From positions 1 through 33,367 of the forward strand of contig CBHFMJ010000002.1 of NCBI GenBank assembly GCA_965994715.1: a DNA stretch of 33,367 bases, in the 5' to 3' direction. Source of the stretch: an uncultured bacterium. Lineage in GTDB: Bacteria; Actinomycetota; UBA4738; HRBIN12. Below, piece by piece: positions 24,815 through 33,113 of the stretch; the stretch's first letter is position 1; every line of letters begins with the position of its first letter. A program made the translations under genes and the position numbers. The notes beneath the pieces are model-generated. The model searched no databases, was not told where the DNA came from, and worked only from the letters and a program-made list of their open reading frames with translations.

Positions 24815-26167
24815 GTGCTGGTGCCCGATATCCACTACGCGAGGTCCGCCGACGGGGTGCACATCGCGTACCAGGTGGCCGGCCACGGACCGGTCGACGT
24901 GCTGATGGTCGCGCCGGCCTACTCGAACATCGAGCTGATCTGGGCGATGCCGTCGTTCGGACCGTTCCTCGGAGCATTCTCATCGTTCGCGCGCGTCGTG
25001 TGCTTCGACCCCCGCGGGGCCGGCCTGTCGGACCCATTGACGGTCGACCGGCTTCCGACCCTGGAGGCGCGGGTCGCGGACGCGCTGACGGTGATGGAGG
25101 CCGCGGGCTCCGAGCGACCGGTTCTGTTCGGCTTGGACGCGACCGGACCACTGGCGGTCTTCTTCGCGGCGACGTATCCGGACCGTATCGCGGCGCTGAT
25201 CCTGTTCGGGACGTTCGCGTGCGGCCTGAAGGACGAGGAGTATCCGTGGGCCTGGAGCGCCGAGGAATGGCAGGCACACGATCGCGAGGTCGAGGAGCGC
25301 TGGGGACAACCCGACTTCGTGGAATCGTTCGTGCGCTGGATGGCTCCCACCACGCGACTCGATCGCGAGTCGATCGCGCTCTGGACCACCTACTACCGCC
25401 AAGCGGCGAGCCCGGGGATGGCGATGGCGCTGAACCAGCTCGAGCGCGAGACCGATGTGCGTCGCGTGCTCCGGACCGTGCAGGCCCCAACGCTCGTGCT
25501 CCATCGGAGCGACGAGGGCGTCTATCACGTCGAGGAGGGACGCTACATCGCTCGCCGTATCCCGGGCGCCCGATTCGTCGAGCTCGAGGGCGCGGACCAC
25601 CTCCCGGCGGACGGCGACATGTCGGCGCTGATCGAGGAGATCGGTCGGTTCCTCGGCTCGGTCAGGGATGAGGAGGCATCGTTCGATCGGGTGCTCGCAT
25701 CCGTCCTGTTCACGGACATCGTGGGATCGACGGAGAAGGCGGCCGACCTCGGCGACCGACGATGGCGCGAGACCGTCGAGGGCCACCACGCCACGGTCCG
25801 CGCGATCCTGGGGAGGTACCACGGGGTCGAGATCGACACCGCAGGAGACGGCTTCTTCGCGACCTTCGACGGACCCGCCCGCGCCGTGCGCTGCGCGCAG
25901 GCGATCGTCGAGGCCGTTCGGGCACTCGAGCTCGAGGTCCGTGTCGGGGTCCACACGGGCGAGGTCGAGACGATCGACGGGAAGGTCGGCGGGATCGCCG
26001 TGAACATCGGCGCGCGCGTCGGCGGGATGGCGGGTCCCTCGGAGGTCCTCGTCTCCTCGACCGTGAAGGACCTCGTCGCCGGATCCGGTCTCGTCTTCCA
26101 TGACCGGGGTGAACACGACCTGAAAGGCATCCCCGATCGCTGGCACCTCTACGGTCTCGTGCCGTGA
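24815..26167 (+). CDS. Alpha/beta-hydrolase-fold domain fused to class III adenylate/guanylate cyclase domain (LipJ/Rv1900c-like architecture)
   Basis: The GTG at 24815 follows GGAAGAGGA. The N-terminal half is alpha/beta fold (HIAYQVAGHGPVDVLMV..., nucleophile-elbow position reads FGLDATG). The C-terminal half reads VLFTDIVGSTE...EIDTAGDGFFATF...RVGVHTGEVE...IAVNIGARV. Confidence 0.82.
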   Translation: MLVPDIHYARSADGVHIAYQVAGHGPVDVLMVAPAYSNIELIWAMPSFGPFLGAFSSFARVVCFDPRGAGLSDPLTVDRLPTLEARVADALTVMEAAGSERPVLFGLDATGPLAVFFAATYPDRIAALILFGTFACGLKDEEYPWAWSAEEWQAHDREVEERWGQPDFVESFVRWMAPTTRLDRESIALWTTYYRQAASPGMAMALNQLERETDVRRVLRTVQAPTLVLHRSDEGVYHVEEGRYIARRIPGARFVELEGADHLPADGDMSALIEEIGRFLGSVRDEEASFDRVLASVLFTDIVGSTEKAADLGDRRWRETVEGHHATVRAILGRYHGVEIDTAGDGFFATFDGPARAVRCAQAIVEAVRALELEVRVGVHTGEVETIDGKVGGIAVNIGARVGGMAGPSEVLVSSTVKDLVAGSGLVFHDRGEHDLKGIPDRWHLYGLVP

Positions 26168-26931
26168 CGGGGCGGCTCGATGGCAAGGTCGCGCTGATCA
26201 CGGGCGCCGGCAGCGGGATGGGACGGGAGGCCTGTGCTGTCTTCGCGTCCGAAGGCGCACGGATCGCGGCCGTCGACATCGACGCGGAGCTCCTCGCAGG
26301 GACGGAGACCACCGTCCGCGCCACGGAGGGTGAGATCTCCTCCTTCGTGGCCGACGTGGCGGTCGAGGATCAGGTGCGTGAGGCGATCGAGGGCGCGGTC
26401 GAGCGCTTCGGCGCGCTCCACGTCCTGTACAACAACGCGGGCGTCCTGTGGCGCGATCGCGACGTCTCGGTTCTCGAGACCGAAGAGGCGGTCTGGGATC
26501 GCGTATTCGCGATCAACCTCAAGGGGATGGTGTGGGTGTGCAAGTACGGGATCTCCCACCTGATCGCCGGCGGCGGCGGTGCGATCGTCAACGTGGGATC
26601 CACCTCGGCGCTGCTCGGGGACGCGATCCCGCAGGACGCCTACACGGCGAGCAAGGGTGCGGTGATCTCGCTCACCAGGAACCTCGCAGTGCAGTTCGGG
26701 CCGCACGGGGTCCGGGCGAACTGCATCCATCCGGGCTTCACCGACACCCCGATGCAGACGGTGCGGACCACGGACCCCGCGTGGGTCGAGGCGGCGATCG
26801 CCGAGATCCCGCTGGGTCGGCTCGCGACCGCGCGGGACATCGTGAACGCGGCGCTGTTCCTCGCGAGCGACGAGGCCGAGTACGTGACGGGCGCGGAGCT
26901 CGTCGTGGACGGCGGCGCGGTCGTGGTCTGA
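26164..26931 (+). CDS. Short-chain dehydrogenase/reductase (classical SDR)
   Basis: The GTG overlaps the cyclase TGA. Motifs are ALITGAGSGMG (TGxxxGxG), NNAG and YTASKGAV (YxxxK). Confidence 0.85.
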   Translation: MTGRLDGKVALITGAGSGMGREACAVFASEGARIAAVDIDAELLAGTETTVRATEGEISSFVADVAVEDQVREAIEGAVERFGALHVLYNNAGVLWRDRDVSVLETEEAVWDRVFAINLKGMVWVCKYGISHLIAGGGGAIVNVGSTSALLGDAIPQDAYTASKGAVISLTRNLAVQFGPHGVRANCIHPGFTDTPMQTVRTTDPAWVEAAIAEIPLGRLATARDIVNAALFLASDEAEYVTGAELVVDGGAVVV

Positions 26932-26937
26932 GCCCCA

Positions 26938-27138
26938 GTGGGGTCCCACGCCGGTGCCTGCGATACTGCGCCCGTGGCCCGGAAACGCGTCCAGTTCCGT
27001 CCCCCCGGCCTGAAGCCGACCACGAAGGTGGGCACCCTCGGGCCCTACCGCGGCCGGCTCGGGCTCGCGTGGGTGATCGCCCCGCTCGTGGCCGGCGTCG
27101 TGATCGTGGTGGCCGGCTTCCTGATCCTCACGCGGTAA
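26938..27138 (+). CDS. Small hypothetical tail-anchored membrane protein (66 aa)
   Basis: The GTG lies 6 nt after the SDR stop, and the next ATG lies 5 nt after this ORF's stop. GC3 is high throughout. There is a single C-terminal TM helix, LAWVIAPLVAGVVIVVAGFLIL. Confidence 0.5.
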   Translation: MGSHAGACDTAPVARKRVQFRPPGLKPTTKVGTLGPYRGRLGLAWVIAPLVAGVVIVVAGFLILTR

Positions 27139-27143
27139 CCGGG

Positions 27144-28595
27144 ATGCTCGACGGCTACGCATGGCCCCAAAGCGTGCTCCCGGGTGAGGAGGTCAGCCTC
27201 CATGTGTCGTCGACGGGACCGTTCGGAGTCGAGGTCACCCGGGAAGGCGGCGAGCGCCAGGTGATCTGGCAAGCGGATGCGGTCCCCGGATCTGAGCATC
27301 CGATCCCGGCGACCGCGTCGGCCGAGGGGTGCGGCTGGCCGGCGACCCTCTCGATCCCGGTCGATCCCGGATGGCGCTCAGGCTTCTACTCCGCCCGGAT
27401 GATGGCTGCAGACGAGGAGGCCCACGCGTTCTTCGCCGTCCGGCCGACGACCTCCAGCGCGCCGATCCTGCTCGTGATCAGCAGCTCCACCACCAACGCG
27501 TACAACGACTGGGGCGGTCCGTCGCTCTACACGGGTGGCACGCGCGTGTCCTTCCAGCGGCCGCTCGCACGGGGTTTCCTCGCGAAGCCGGAGCCTGCGG
27601 TGCGGAAGGCCGAGGCCGTCCCCGATCGCGAAGCACTCGGCTACTTCGGCTGGGCCGAGGAGCATGACCTCTCTCCCTGGAGTGGCGGCGCTGGTTGGTG
27701 GACGTGGGAGCGCCCTTTCGTCGCTTGGGCCGAGCGAGAGGGTTTCGCGATCGACGTGGCCGTCTCCCAGGATCTCGAGACGCATCCCGAGGTGCTCGAC
27801 GGGCGCCGGCTCCTCCTCTCGGTGGGGCACGACGAGTACTGGTCGTGGGGGATGCGTGACACCGTCGAGACGTTCCTCGGCCGTGGCGGCAACGCCGCGT
27901 TCTTCGGCGGGAACACGTGCTGGTGGCAGGTGCGTTTCGAGGGCGCAACGATGGTCTGTTTCAAGTACCGGGCCGACGAAGACCCCGTCGTCGGCTCAGA
28001 CGAACAGCGCTTCCTCACGGGGTCGTGGTCGGATCGGAGGATCGGGCGGTCAGAAGCCTCGATGACCGGGCTGTCGTTCTCCCGTGGTGGCTACTCCCGG
28101 TACGGGGCGGGCGTTCCACGTGCGAGCGGCGCCTACACGGTCTGGCGACCCGATCATTGGGCGTTCACCGGGACGGGTCTTCGCTACGGGGACGCGCTCG
28201 GGCTGGCCGACGCCATCGTCGGGTACGAGGTCGATGGATGCGACTTGACGATCGTGGATGGTCTCCCGGTACCGACGCACGAGGATGGAGCACCCGGCAC
28301 GCTCGAGGTACTGGCCACCGCGCCCGCCCGCTTGTGGTCGCGAGACGAGCAGCCCTCGCGCTATGCGAGGGAGCCCGGCGAGCTCGAACACGTGGCGGCG
28401 GCCTTGTGGGGTGAGTTCGCCGACGCGAACGTGCACAAGATCCGGCACAACCACGCCGTGGTCGGATGCTTCACCGTTCCCGGAGGCGGCGTGGTCTTCA
28501 ACGCCGGCTGTACCGATTGGACGTACGGCATCGAGGGAGGCGACCCGATCGTGCAGCGCGTCACGCGGAACATCCTGGAACGGCTCTCTGCATGA
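27144..28595 (+). CDS. N,N-dimethylformamidase large-subunit (DmfA2) family-like protein of unknown function
   Basis: The ATG at 27144 gives MLDGYAWPQSVLPGEEVSLHVSS. Motifs I associate with the DmfA2 C-terminal/DUF6605 fold are PILLVISSSTTNAYNDWGG, LLSVGHDEYWSWGMRD, GGNAAFFGGNTCWWQVRFE and IVGYEVDG. The first 232 codons of the track ORF overlap the SDR gene and are not coding. Confidence 0.65.
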   Translation: MLDGYAWPQSVLPGEEVSLHVSSTGPFGVEVTREGGERQVIWQADAVPGSEHPIPATASAEGCGWPATLSIPVDPGWRSGFYSARMMAADEEAHAFFAVRPTTSSAPILLVISSSTTNAYNDWGGPSLYTGGTRVSFQRPLARGFLAKPEPAVRKAEAVPDREALGYFGWAEEHDLSPWSGGAGWWTWERPFVAWAEREGFAIDVAVSQDLETHPEVLDGRRLLLSVGHDEYWSWGMRDTVETFLGRGGNAAFFGGNTCWWQVRFEGATMVCFKYRADEDPVVGSDEQRFLTGSWSDRRIGRSEASMTGLSFSRGGYSRYGAGVPRASGAYTVWRPDHWAFTGTGLRYGDALGLADAIVGYEVDGCDLTIVDGLPVPTHEDGAPGTLEVLATAPARLWSRDEQPSRYAREPGELEHVAAALWGEFADANVHKIRHNHAVVGCFTVPGGGVVFNAGCTDWTYGIEGGDPIVQRVTRNILERLSA

Positions 28596-28654
28596 CGACG
28601 CAGTCACGCGGCCTCCGCTGGAGCACGTTCACCTCCCCTGATGCCGACTGAGCG

Positions 28655-30925
28655 TCAGCCCACCTTCGTCAGGGGCGCGTAGGAGAGCAGCAGCCGCTTC
28701 TCCCCCGCTTCGGAGAATGCGATCGTCGCCTCCGTGTCGTCCCCGTGCCCCTTGATCGCCACCACGACCCCCTCGCCCCAGCGCTCGTGGACGACGGTGT
28801 CTCCTTCGGCGACGGCGGGAACCTCGCGTTTCGGAGGTGGCGAGGGTGCCCACGAACCGGTGGGCGCCACATCGACCTGTCCCTTCCCGGGGAGCCCCAC
28901 GACCGTGTACCCGCGCTCCGCCCGGCTCGCGCGGCCGCCGCGAGAGGCGTCGCGCGGATGCGATCCGCCGCCGGAACCACCCTCCTCCCGCACGTCGAGC
29001 AGGTTCGGTGGCAGCTCGTTCAGGAACCTCGAGGGCGGGTTGTAGTTCGTCTGCCCGAACAGGGTCCGGCCCCACGCGTGGCACAGGTAGAGGCGTTTCT
29101 GCGCTCGCGTGATCCCGACGTAGAGCAGGCGCCGTTCCTCCTCGAGCTGCGCCGAATCGGTCATCGACCGGTAGTGGGGGAAGATCCCGTCCTCGAGCCC
29201 CACGATGAACACCGCGGGGAACTCGAGTCCCTTGGCGATGTGCAGCGTCATCACCGTGACCGAGGACTCCTCCTCGTCGTAGTCGTCCTGCTCCCCGATC
29301 AGCGACACCTGTTCGAGGAACGCGTCGAGGCCCGCGTCGGGGTCGCGCGCGAGGAGCTCCGCGGCCACCCCCGAGAGCTCCTGGATGTTCTCGATCCGCC
29401 CCTGCGCCTCGACCGTCCGATCCTCCTCGAGCTCCGCGAGGTAGCCCGACTCCTGCGCCGCGAACTCCACCATCCGCGCCGGGCCGGCGCCGTCGGCGAA
29501 GTGCCCGGCGATCGCGGTCATCACCTGGTTGAACCCCGCCACCGCCCCTTTCGCCCGAGACGCGAGCGTGGCGATCTCGTCCACGCGGCGACACGCCTCC
29601 ATCACGTCGATCTCCTCGTCGCGCGAGAAGGCCTCCACGGCGGCCACCGTGGCGTCCCCGATCCCTCGCTTCGGCGTGTTCACGACCCGCCGGAACGAGA
29701 TCACGTCCTGCGGGTTCGTGAGCAGGCGGAGGTACGCGAGGATGTCCTTGATCTCCTTGCGCTGGTAGAAGCGCACGCCGCCGAAGACGCGGTACGGCAT
29801 CCCGACCCGCATCAGGACGTCCTCGATCACGCGTGACTGCGCGTTCGTCCGATAGAAGATCGCGACCTCGCGGTAGCGGAACCCCTCCTCGCTCCGGAGG
29901 CGCTCGATCTCCTGCGCGACGAAGTAGGCCTCGCTGTGTTCGTCGTTCGCACGCACCCGCACCACCGGATCCCCGGAGCCGGCCTCGGTCCAGAGGTTCT
30001 TCGGCTTCCGCTGGACGTTGTTCTCGATCAACGCGTTGGCGACCGTGAGGATGTTCTGCGTCGATCGGTAGTTCTGCTCCATCAGGAAGACGGCGGCGTC
30101 CGGGTAGTCCCGCTCGAAGTCCAGGATGTTCTGGATCGTGGCACCTCGCCATGAGTAGACACCCTGGTCCGCGTCCCCGACGACGCAGATGTTGCGGTAC
30201 TTCTCCGCGAGCATGTTCACGAGCTCGTACTGCGCGCGGTTCGTGTCCTGGTACTCGTCGATCAGGATGTACCGGAACCGCTCCTGGTAGTGCTGGAGCA
30301 CCTCCGTATGATCGCGGAAGAGCCGGACGGCCTCGCTGATCAGGTCGTCGAAGTCGAGGGCGCCCGCATCACGCTTCCGACGCTCGTACTCGGTGTAGAG
30401 CTTGGAAACCGTCTCCTCGTACAGGTTGGACGTGAGATCGGCGAAGTCCATCGGGCCGAGCACCCGATCCTTCGCCTTCCCGATCGCGGCCGCGATCGCC
30501 TTGGCCGGATACCGCTTGGGATCGACGTTCATGTCCCGCGCGATGCCGGCGATCAACCGTTCCGTGTCGCCGTCGTCGTAGATCGTGAAGTTCGACGGAA
30601 CCCCCAGGTGGGTGTGCTCCTTCCTGAGGATCCGGGCACAGGCGGAGTGGAACGTGAGGACCCACATGCCCCGCGAGATCGGGCCGCCCAGGAGGCCGCC
30701 GACCCGCTCCGCCATCTCCCGTGAGGCCTTGTTCGTGAACGTGATCGCGAGGATCTCCCCCGGCGCGACCCCGCATTCCCTGATCAGGTAGGCGATCCGG
30801 TGCGTGAGCGCCCTCGTCTTGCCCGACCCCGCTCCGGCGACGATCAGGACGGGGCCTTCTGTCTGGAGGACCGCCTGCCGTTGGATGTCGTTGAGGCCGT
30901 CGAGGAGGGGGGAGGTGACGCTCAC
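28655..30925 (-). CDS. pcrA: ATP-dependent DNA helicase PcrA/UvrD (SF1A)
   Basis: The translation contains LNDIQRQAV, VAGAGSGKTRALTHRIAYL (Walker A), ITFTNKA, ILIDEYQDTN and TLHIAKGLEF. The C-terminal domain reads GDTVVHERWGEGVVVAI. Confidence 0.92.
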   Translation of the reverse strand: MSVTSPLLDGLNDIQRQAVLQTEGPVLIVAGAGSGKTRALTHRIAYLIRECGVAPGEILAITFTNKASREMAERVGGLLGGPISRGMWVLTFHSACARILRKEHTHLGVPSNFTIYDDGDTERLIAGIARDMNVDPKRYPAKAIAAAIGKAKDRVLGPMDFADLTSNLYEETVSKLYTEYERRKRDAGALDFDDLISEAVRLFRDHTEVLQHYQERFRYILIDEYQDTNRAQYELVNMLAEKYRNICVVGDADQGVYSWRGATIQNILDFERDYPDAAVFLMEQNYRSTQNILTVANALIENNVQRKPKNLWTEAGSGDPVVRVRANDEHSEAYFVAQEIERLRSEEGFRYREVAIFYRTNAQSRVIEDVLMRVGMPYRVFGGVRFYQRKEIKDILAYLRLLTNPQDVISFRRVVNTPKRGIGDATVAAVEAFSRDEEIDVMEACRRVDEIATLASRAKGAVAGFNQVMTAIAGHFADGAGPARMVEFAAQESGYLAELEEDRTVEAQGRIENIQELSGVAAELLARDPDAGLDAFLEQVSLIGEQDDYDEEESSVTVMTLHIAKGLEFPAVFIVGLEDGIFPHYRSMTDSAQLEEERRLLYVGITRAQKRLYLCHAWGRTLFGQTNYNPPSRFLNELPPNLLDVREEGGSGGGSHPRDASRGGRASRAERGYTVVGLPGKGQVDVAPTGSWAPSPPPKREVPAVAEGDTVVHERWGEGVVVAIKGHGDDTEATIAFSEAGEKRLLLSYAPLTKVG

Positions 30926-30931
30926 GCGACG

Positions 30932-30937
30932 ATGCTA
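30932..30937 (-). promoter_or_regulatory. -10-like hexamer TAGCAT, 6 nt upstream of pcrA GTG (leaderless architecture)
   Basis: The minus strand reads GCTAGCATcgtcgcGTG. Confidence 0.4.
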
Positions 30938-31015
30938 GCGCGGGCTCGCGACCCGTCCGACGATCGCCGCCCTGACCTGGACCTTCGGCAGATGCCGCGG
31001 GGCGGATCCCCGGGG

Positions 31016-31021
31016 TACCGT
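31016..31021 (+). promoter_or_regulatory. -10-like hexamer TACCGT, 6 nt upstream of sortase ATG 31028
   Basis: Sequence is gggTACCGTgagcggATG. Confidence 0.4.
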
Positions 31022-31027
31022 GAGCGG

Positions 31028-31645
31028 ATGCGGGAACGATCGCGGATCCGTGCTGCCGTCCGGGCGTTCGGGTTCGGCTGCCTGATGACGGCCGCCGGTC
31101 TCGGCGGATACGTCGGCTGGCTCCTGTGGGGCACCGGCCTGGAGACGGCCCGCGCCCAGGAGGAGCTCGGCGACGATGTCCGGCCGCTCTTCGAGCACCC
31201 CACGCCGCCCACCGCGAACGAGCGCTACCTGACGGGTGAGGCGTACGCCGCGATCGTGATCCCCTCGATCGACATCGACTTCATCGTGGTCGAGGGGACC
31301 GACTACGAAAGCCTGAAGAAGGGACCCGGACACTATCCAGAGTCCGCGCACCCGTGGGACGGGACGGGTCAGGTTGCGATCGCGGGACACCGCACGACGT
31401 ATCTCCATCCCTTCCTGAACCTCGACCGCGTGAACGTCGGCGACCGGATCGATCTGATCACGAAGCACGGGACGTATCGCTACGAGGTGAAGCGCCGGTA
31501 CGTCCTTCCCGAGGCGGGATCGGGTGCTGCGATCGTCGACACGAAACGTCCCACGCTGGTCCTGACGACGTGCCACCCGAAGTACTCGAGCCGTGAGCGC
31601 CTCATCGTGACGGCGATGCTCGTGCAAGGACCCGAGGACCCGTAG
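31028..31645 (+). CDS. Class E sortase (transpeptidase)
   Basis: An N-terminal TM helix (FGFGCLMTAAGLGGYVGWLLW) is followed by AIAGHRTTY (catalytic His) and LVLTTCHP (TLxTC Cys). The ATG at 31028 is favoured by the -10 spacing. The in-frame ATG at 30992 is an alternative. Confidence 0.82.
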   Translation: MRERSRIRAAVRAFGFGCLMTAAGLGGYVGWLLWGTGLETARAQEELGDDVRPLFEHPTPPTANERYLTGEAYAAIVIPSIDIDFIVVEGTDYESLKKGPGHYPESAHPWDGTGQVAIAGHRTTYLHPFLNLDRVNVGDRIDLITKHGTYRYEVKRRYVLPEAGSGAAIVDTKRPTLVLTTCHPKYSSRERLIVTAMLVQGPEDP

Positions 31646-31646
31646 G

Positions 31647-33107
31647 TCACTCGTCCTCGGAGGACGCGGCGTCGAACATCGCCCGAGCGACGTCCTCGAT
31701 CGCACCGTCGATCCGCTGCTCCTGGGACTGGTGGATCTCCTGCTGCTTCAGAAGCTCGTCGACCGTCCCCTCGAGGTCCTCGAGCGTGTGGATCGCCTCC
31801 TCCACCTCGCCGTCGGCGAACCTCTCGAGCGACTCCTCCAGACCATCCTCGATCTCCTGGGCGGCGCTCTCCGAGATCCTGCCTTCGGCGACGCCTTCCG
31901 CCATGACGTCCTGGAGAGCGACCACCGCTCCTTGGAGCGGGTCGACGGGGGGCGGGGTCGGGGACGCAGAGGCTGACCGGGACGGCGATGCGGAGGGTGA
32001 TGGGGATGGTGACGTGGACGGGGAAGGGGACGGGCTCGATGACCGGGTCGGCGACAGCGTTGCACCGTCGGGGGGATCCTCGCCGCCGAAGAGCGCGAGG
32101 GCGAGACCGCCCAGGAGCGCGAGCGCGACGGCCGCGATCATCAGCGGGACCAAGGGGCGACGGGGCGGTGGTCGATCGGCCCTCCGTGGCAACTCCTCGG
32201 TTCGCCCTGTGGGGATGTCGACCGCCGCAGCCGCGGTCCCCGGAGCGACCACCGGGAGGGGAACGGTCGCGTCGATCGACGATCCGAGCGCCGCCCGCTC
32301 CTCCAGGGCGGTCGTCATCTCCTCGACGCTCTGATACCTGGCCGCGGGATCCTTCTCCATCGCGCGCAGGACCACGGCCTCGAGCGCCTGGGGCACGGAC
32401 GGCTCGAGCGCGGAGGGTGGGGTCGGGGCATCGTGCACATGCTGATAGGCGACCGCCACGGGGTTGTCGGCTTCGAACGGTTGCCGGCCCGTGAGCAACT
32501 CGTAGAGCACACAGCCCAGGGAGTAGATGTCCGAGCGATGGTCCACCGGTTCGCCGTGGGCCTGCTCCGGCGAGACGTAGCCGGCCGTGCCGAGGATCGC
32601 GGAGGTGCGGGTGATGTCCTCCCCGTCGAGGCCACGGGCGATCCCGAGATCCATCAGCTTGAGACGACCCTCGCTCGTCAACATCACGTTCCCCGGCTTG
32701 ACGTCGCGGTGCACGATCCGGGCGGCGTGCGCCACCGCCAGCGCATCGCCGACGCTCGCGGCGATCCCCGCGGCCTGCCCGGGCGCGATCCGCCCTTCTC
32801 GCCTGAGCACGTCCGTGAGCGTCTCTCCCGCGACGTGTTCCATCACGATGAAATGGACGTCGCCCTCCGAGCCCGCGTCGAACACGGCCACGAGGTTCGG
32901 ATGGGAGATCCGCGCGGCCGCCAGCGCCTCACGCCGGAACCGCTCGATGAACGTGCCGTCGCCCGCGAGCCAGCTCCCGAGGATCTTGACGGCGACCGGC
33001 CGGTCCAGGACCCGGTCGGTCGCCAGGTAGACCTCGGCCATCCCACCGCTGCCGAGGAGCTCGCCGACCGCGTAGCGGTCGGCGAGCACCGTTCCCGCCA
33101 TGCTCAC
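31647..33107 (-). CDS. Hanks-type Ser/Thr protein kinase with one TM helix, Ser/Pro linker and acidic helical ectodomain
   Basis: Kinase motifs are LGSGGMAEVY, VAVKIL, HRDVKPGN, DLG (DFG variant) and GTAGYVSPE. The TM helix is LVPLMIAAVALALLGGLALALFGG. A SPSPSPSTSPSPSPSASPS linker and an E/D-rich C-terminal ~100 aa follow. The GTG at 33107 fits leaderless spacing. ATG 33101 is an alternative. Confidence 0.88.
   Translation of the reverse strand: MSMAGTVLADRYAVGELLGSGGMAEVYLATDRVLDRPVAVKILGSWLAGDGTFIERFRREALAAARISHPNLVAVFDAGSEGDVHFIVMEHVAGETLTDVLRREGRIAPGQAAGIAASVGDALAVAHAARIVHRDVKPGNVMLTSEGRLKLMDLGIARGLDGEDITRTSAILGTAGYVSPEQAHGEPVDHRSDIYSLGCVLYELLTGRQPFEADNPVAVAYQHVHDAPTPPSALEPSVPQALEAVVLRAMEKDPAARYQSVEEMTTALEERAALGSSIDATVPLPVVAPGTAAAAVDIPTGRTEELPRRADRPPPRRPLVPLMIAAVALALLGGLALALFGGEDPPDGATLSPTRSSSPSPSPSTSPSPSPSASPSRSASASPTPPPVDPLQGAVVALQDVMAEGVAEGRISESAAQEIEDGLEESLERFADGEVEEAIHTLEDLEGTVDELLKQQEIHQSQEQRIDGAIEDVARAMFDAASSEDE
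31950..32058 (-). repeat. In-frame Ser/Pro/Thr/Ala low-complexity repeat (coding, kinase linker)
   Basis: Encodes SPTRSSSPSPSPSTSPSPSPSASPSRSASASPTPPP. Confidence 0.8.
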
Positions 33108-33113
33108 CCGTTC

